A DNA stretch of 63,507 nucleotides, counting the filler, from Polymyxa betae A26-41 (lineage: Eukaryota > Protista > Endomyxa: Phytomyxea), in assembly GCA_003693705.1 (NCBI GenBank). It is 7 parts of 7 records of this genome, joined end to end, with 100 filler letters (N's around TTAATTAATTAA, not from the genome) between each part and the next. Parts side by side here need not be neighbours in the genome. Positions count along the whole stretch, not along the records: positions 60,131 to 63,507 come from RBZT01000399.1; 6 more parts are not named here. The stretch is one strand, 5' to 3'. The notes beneath the pieces were generated by a model. That model was not told the origin of the DNA and ran no database searches. It was given only the letters and a program-made list of their open reading frames with translations. The translations under genes and the position numbers were made by a program. Each line of letters begins with the position of its first letter. Position 1 is the stretch's first letter. Of the stretch, positions 62,239 to 63,507 are shown piece after piece.

Positions 62239-63507
62239 GATGGGGGCAGTCAGGCCATGAGCAGGAACGACGATATCGTCGAGGTCGTCGTGAACGCCGT
62301 CTCTCTCTCAAAGTCCGTGTGACGACTCTGTCGGGGAAATTTCTGCGCAGGCCGCGCCGCTTTTCCTTTCGGTGTCGTCAATGAAGGCAATGATTGACCA
62401 TCTCGAAATCCAGAATCGTTTACAATTTTTTTACATGAAACATTAATTCCTTTAATACAGCCGGGAGTTCAAAACGTTTGTCTGGCAGCTGTAACATAAA
62501 CATAGACAAACTTTGACAATACCGATTGCATGATTCATCATGTCGGTAAGCAGCAACCAACAGAAATCACTGAACGCGCTCATTACGCTGAGAAGTGGAT
62601 ACTGATAAATTGAGGCATAAAACGGAAAGGGAAAGTGTCGTTTGGAGGTTCCTGTCTACGTTCACCTTCGTTTCACTGTAAGAGAGGACGTACATCCCCA
62701 ATCCGGCATGTCTCCGACCGCCGTTGCTATTAATAGCATACTTTATTTAAATGTTTTTTTAGCCCTAAATCAAACAGAGACTGCTGTTCCATTAATTAAC
62801 GGGCTGAATACTTTAGGCTGATTGGCCATGGCTCGGTTTTATCAAGGTAACAGTCTGCGTATACAATTTCCACAATATCAGCTGCCTGATGCAGTTAACA
62901 GTATCTGCCTGTTCTGATAACTGACATTTTCTCTCATTTTCGTTCTGTACATTATGGAGTAATTGGAAAGCCCAGCCTTAGAGATCTGATGGGTTGAGGG
63001 TCTATACATAATGATTATTGCAGTAACTGTCTTAGAATGGGGTCGCCATTGTAACAGTATTTTGAATTTTGAGAATGTTACCGCCATGTAAAGATAATTG
63101 TCCCTGCCATCTTGACCCTTTCATCAATTCCTCTTCTCTAACTCTCTTTCTACCGATTTCGCTTCCACTCTCCGTTTCTATCAATAGGATCTATATTGAA
63201 AATCGGCTCTGACAGCTACATTCACAGATTCCATTAGGAGCCTCAGAAACTTCCAATAACATCCTAGAAGAAGCTATTGAATAAAGCCTAGCGATGAATG
63301 AAGGTGATGTGGGTAAACTGGCTTTAATTGTCCATTGAAACAGTTAACTGAAAGCAGCATCTGCCATCGGCTTGATCTCAGAATCCGAATGCCAAACGAG
63401 CTTTGTTAGAAACTCGAACCCTTCATCAAACCATGATCTAACCTCAGCCTGTTTTTGCATGCGTGACTGTACAGAATAAAAGGACTTTGTAAACAGAACA
63501 CGAGCGT

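Overview
Eukaryotic, transposon-rich and gene-sparse DNA with short GT-AG introns of about 46-70 nt. It is made of seven contig pieces joined by artificial 100-nt N/TTAATTAATTAA/N spacers, so neighbourhood across spacers is meaningless. The intron style, TTTAGGG-type motifs and secreted-protein content suggest a microbial parasite such as a plasmodiophorid or oomycete (inference only). Host genes: two glutathione S-transferases plus a GST pseudogene, two identical tRNA-Gly(GCC), tRNA-Val(AAC), a multi-exon P-type H+-ATPase, a signal-peptide GTPase with a convergent pseudogene paralog, a secreted glucose/sorbosone-dehydrogenase-type protein, a cytochrome P450 and several putative secreted or membrane proteins. 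Mobile DNA: several PIF/Harbinger relics, three Copia elements, a chromodomain Gypsy, solo LTRs and a tyrosine-recombinase element. Two highlights: (1) an apparently full-length, intron-containing Crypton-like tyrosine-recombinase element bounded by TATGGGAAA direct repeats (51950-54430); (2) one Copia element with identical LTRs and a matching CTATC target-site duplication, cut in half by an 8.5-kb inversion that also flipped part of the GST/tRNA cluster. All calls are by-eye motif recognition; no searches were run.
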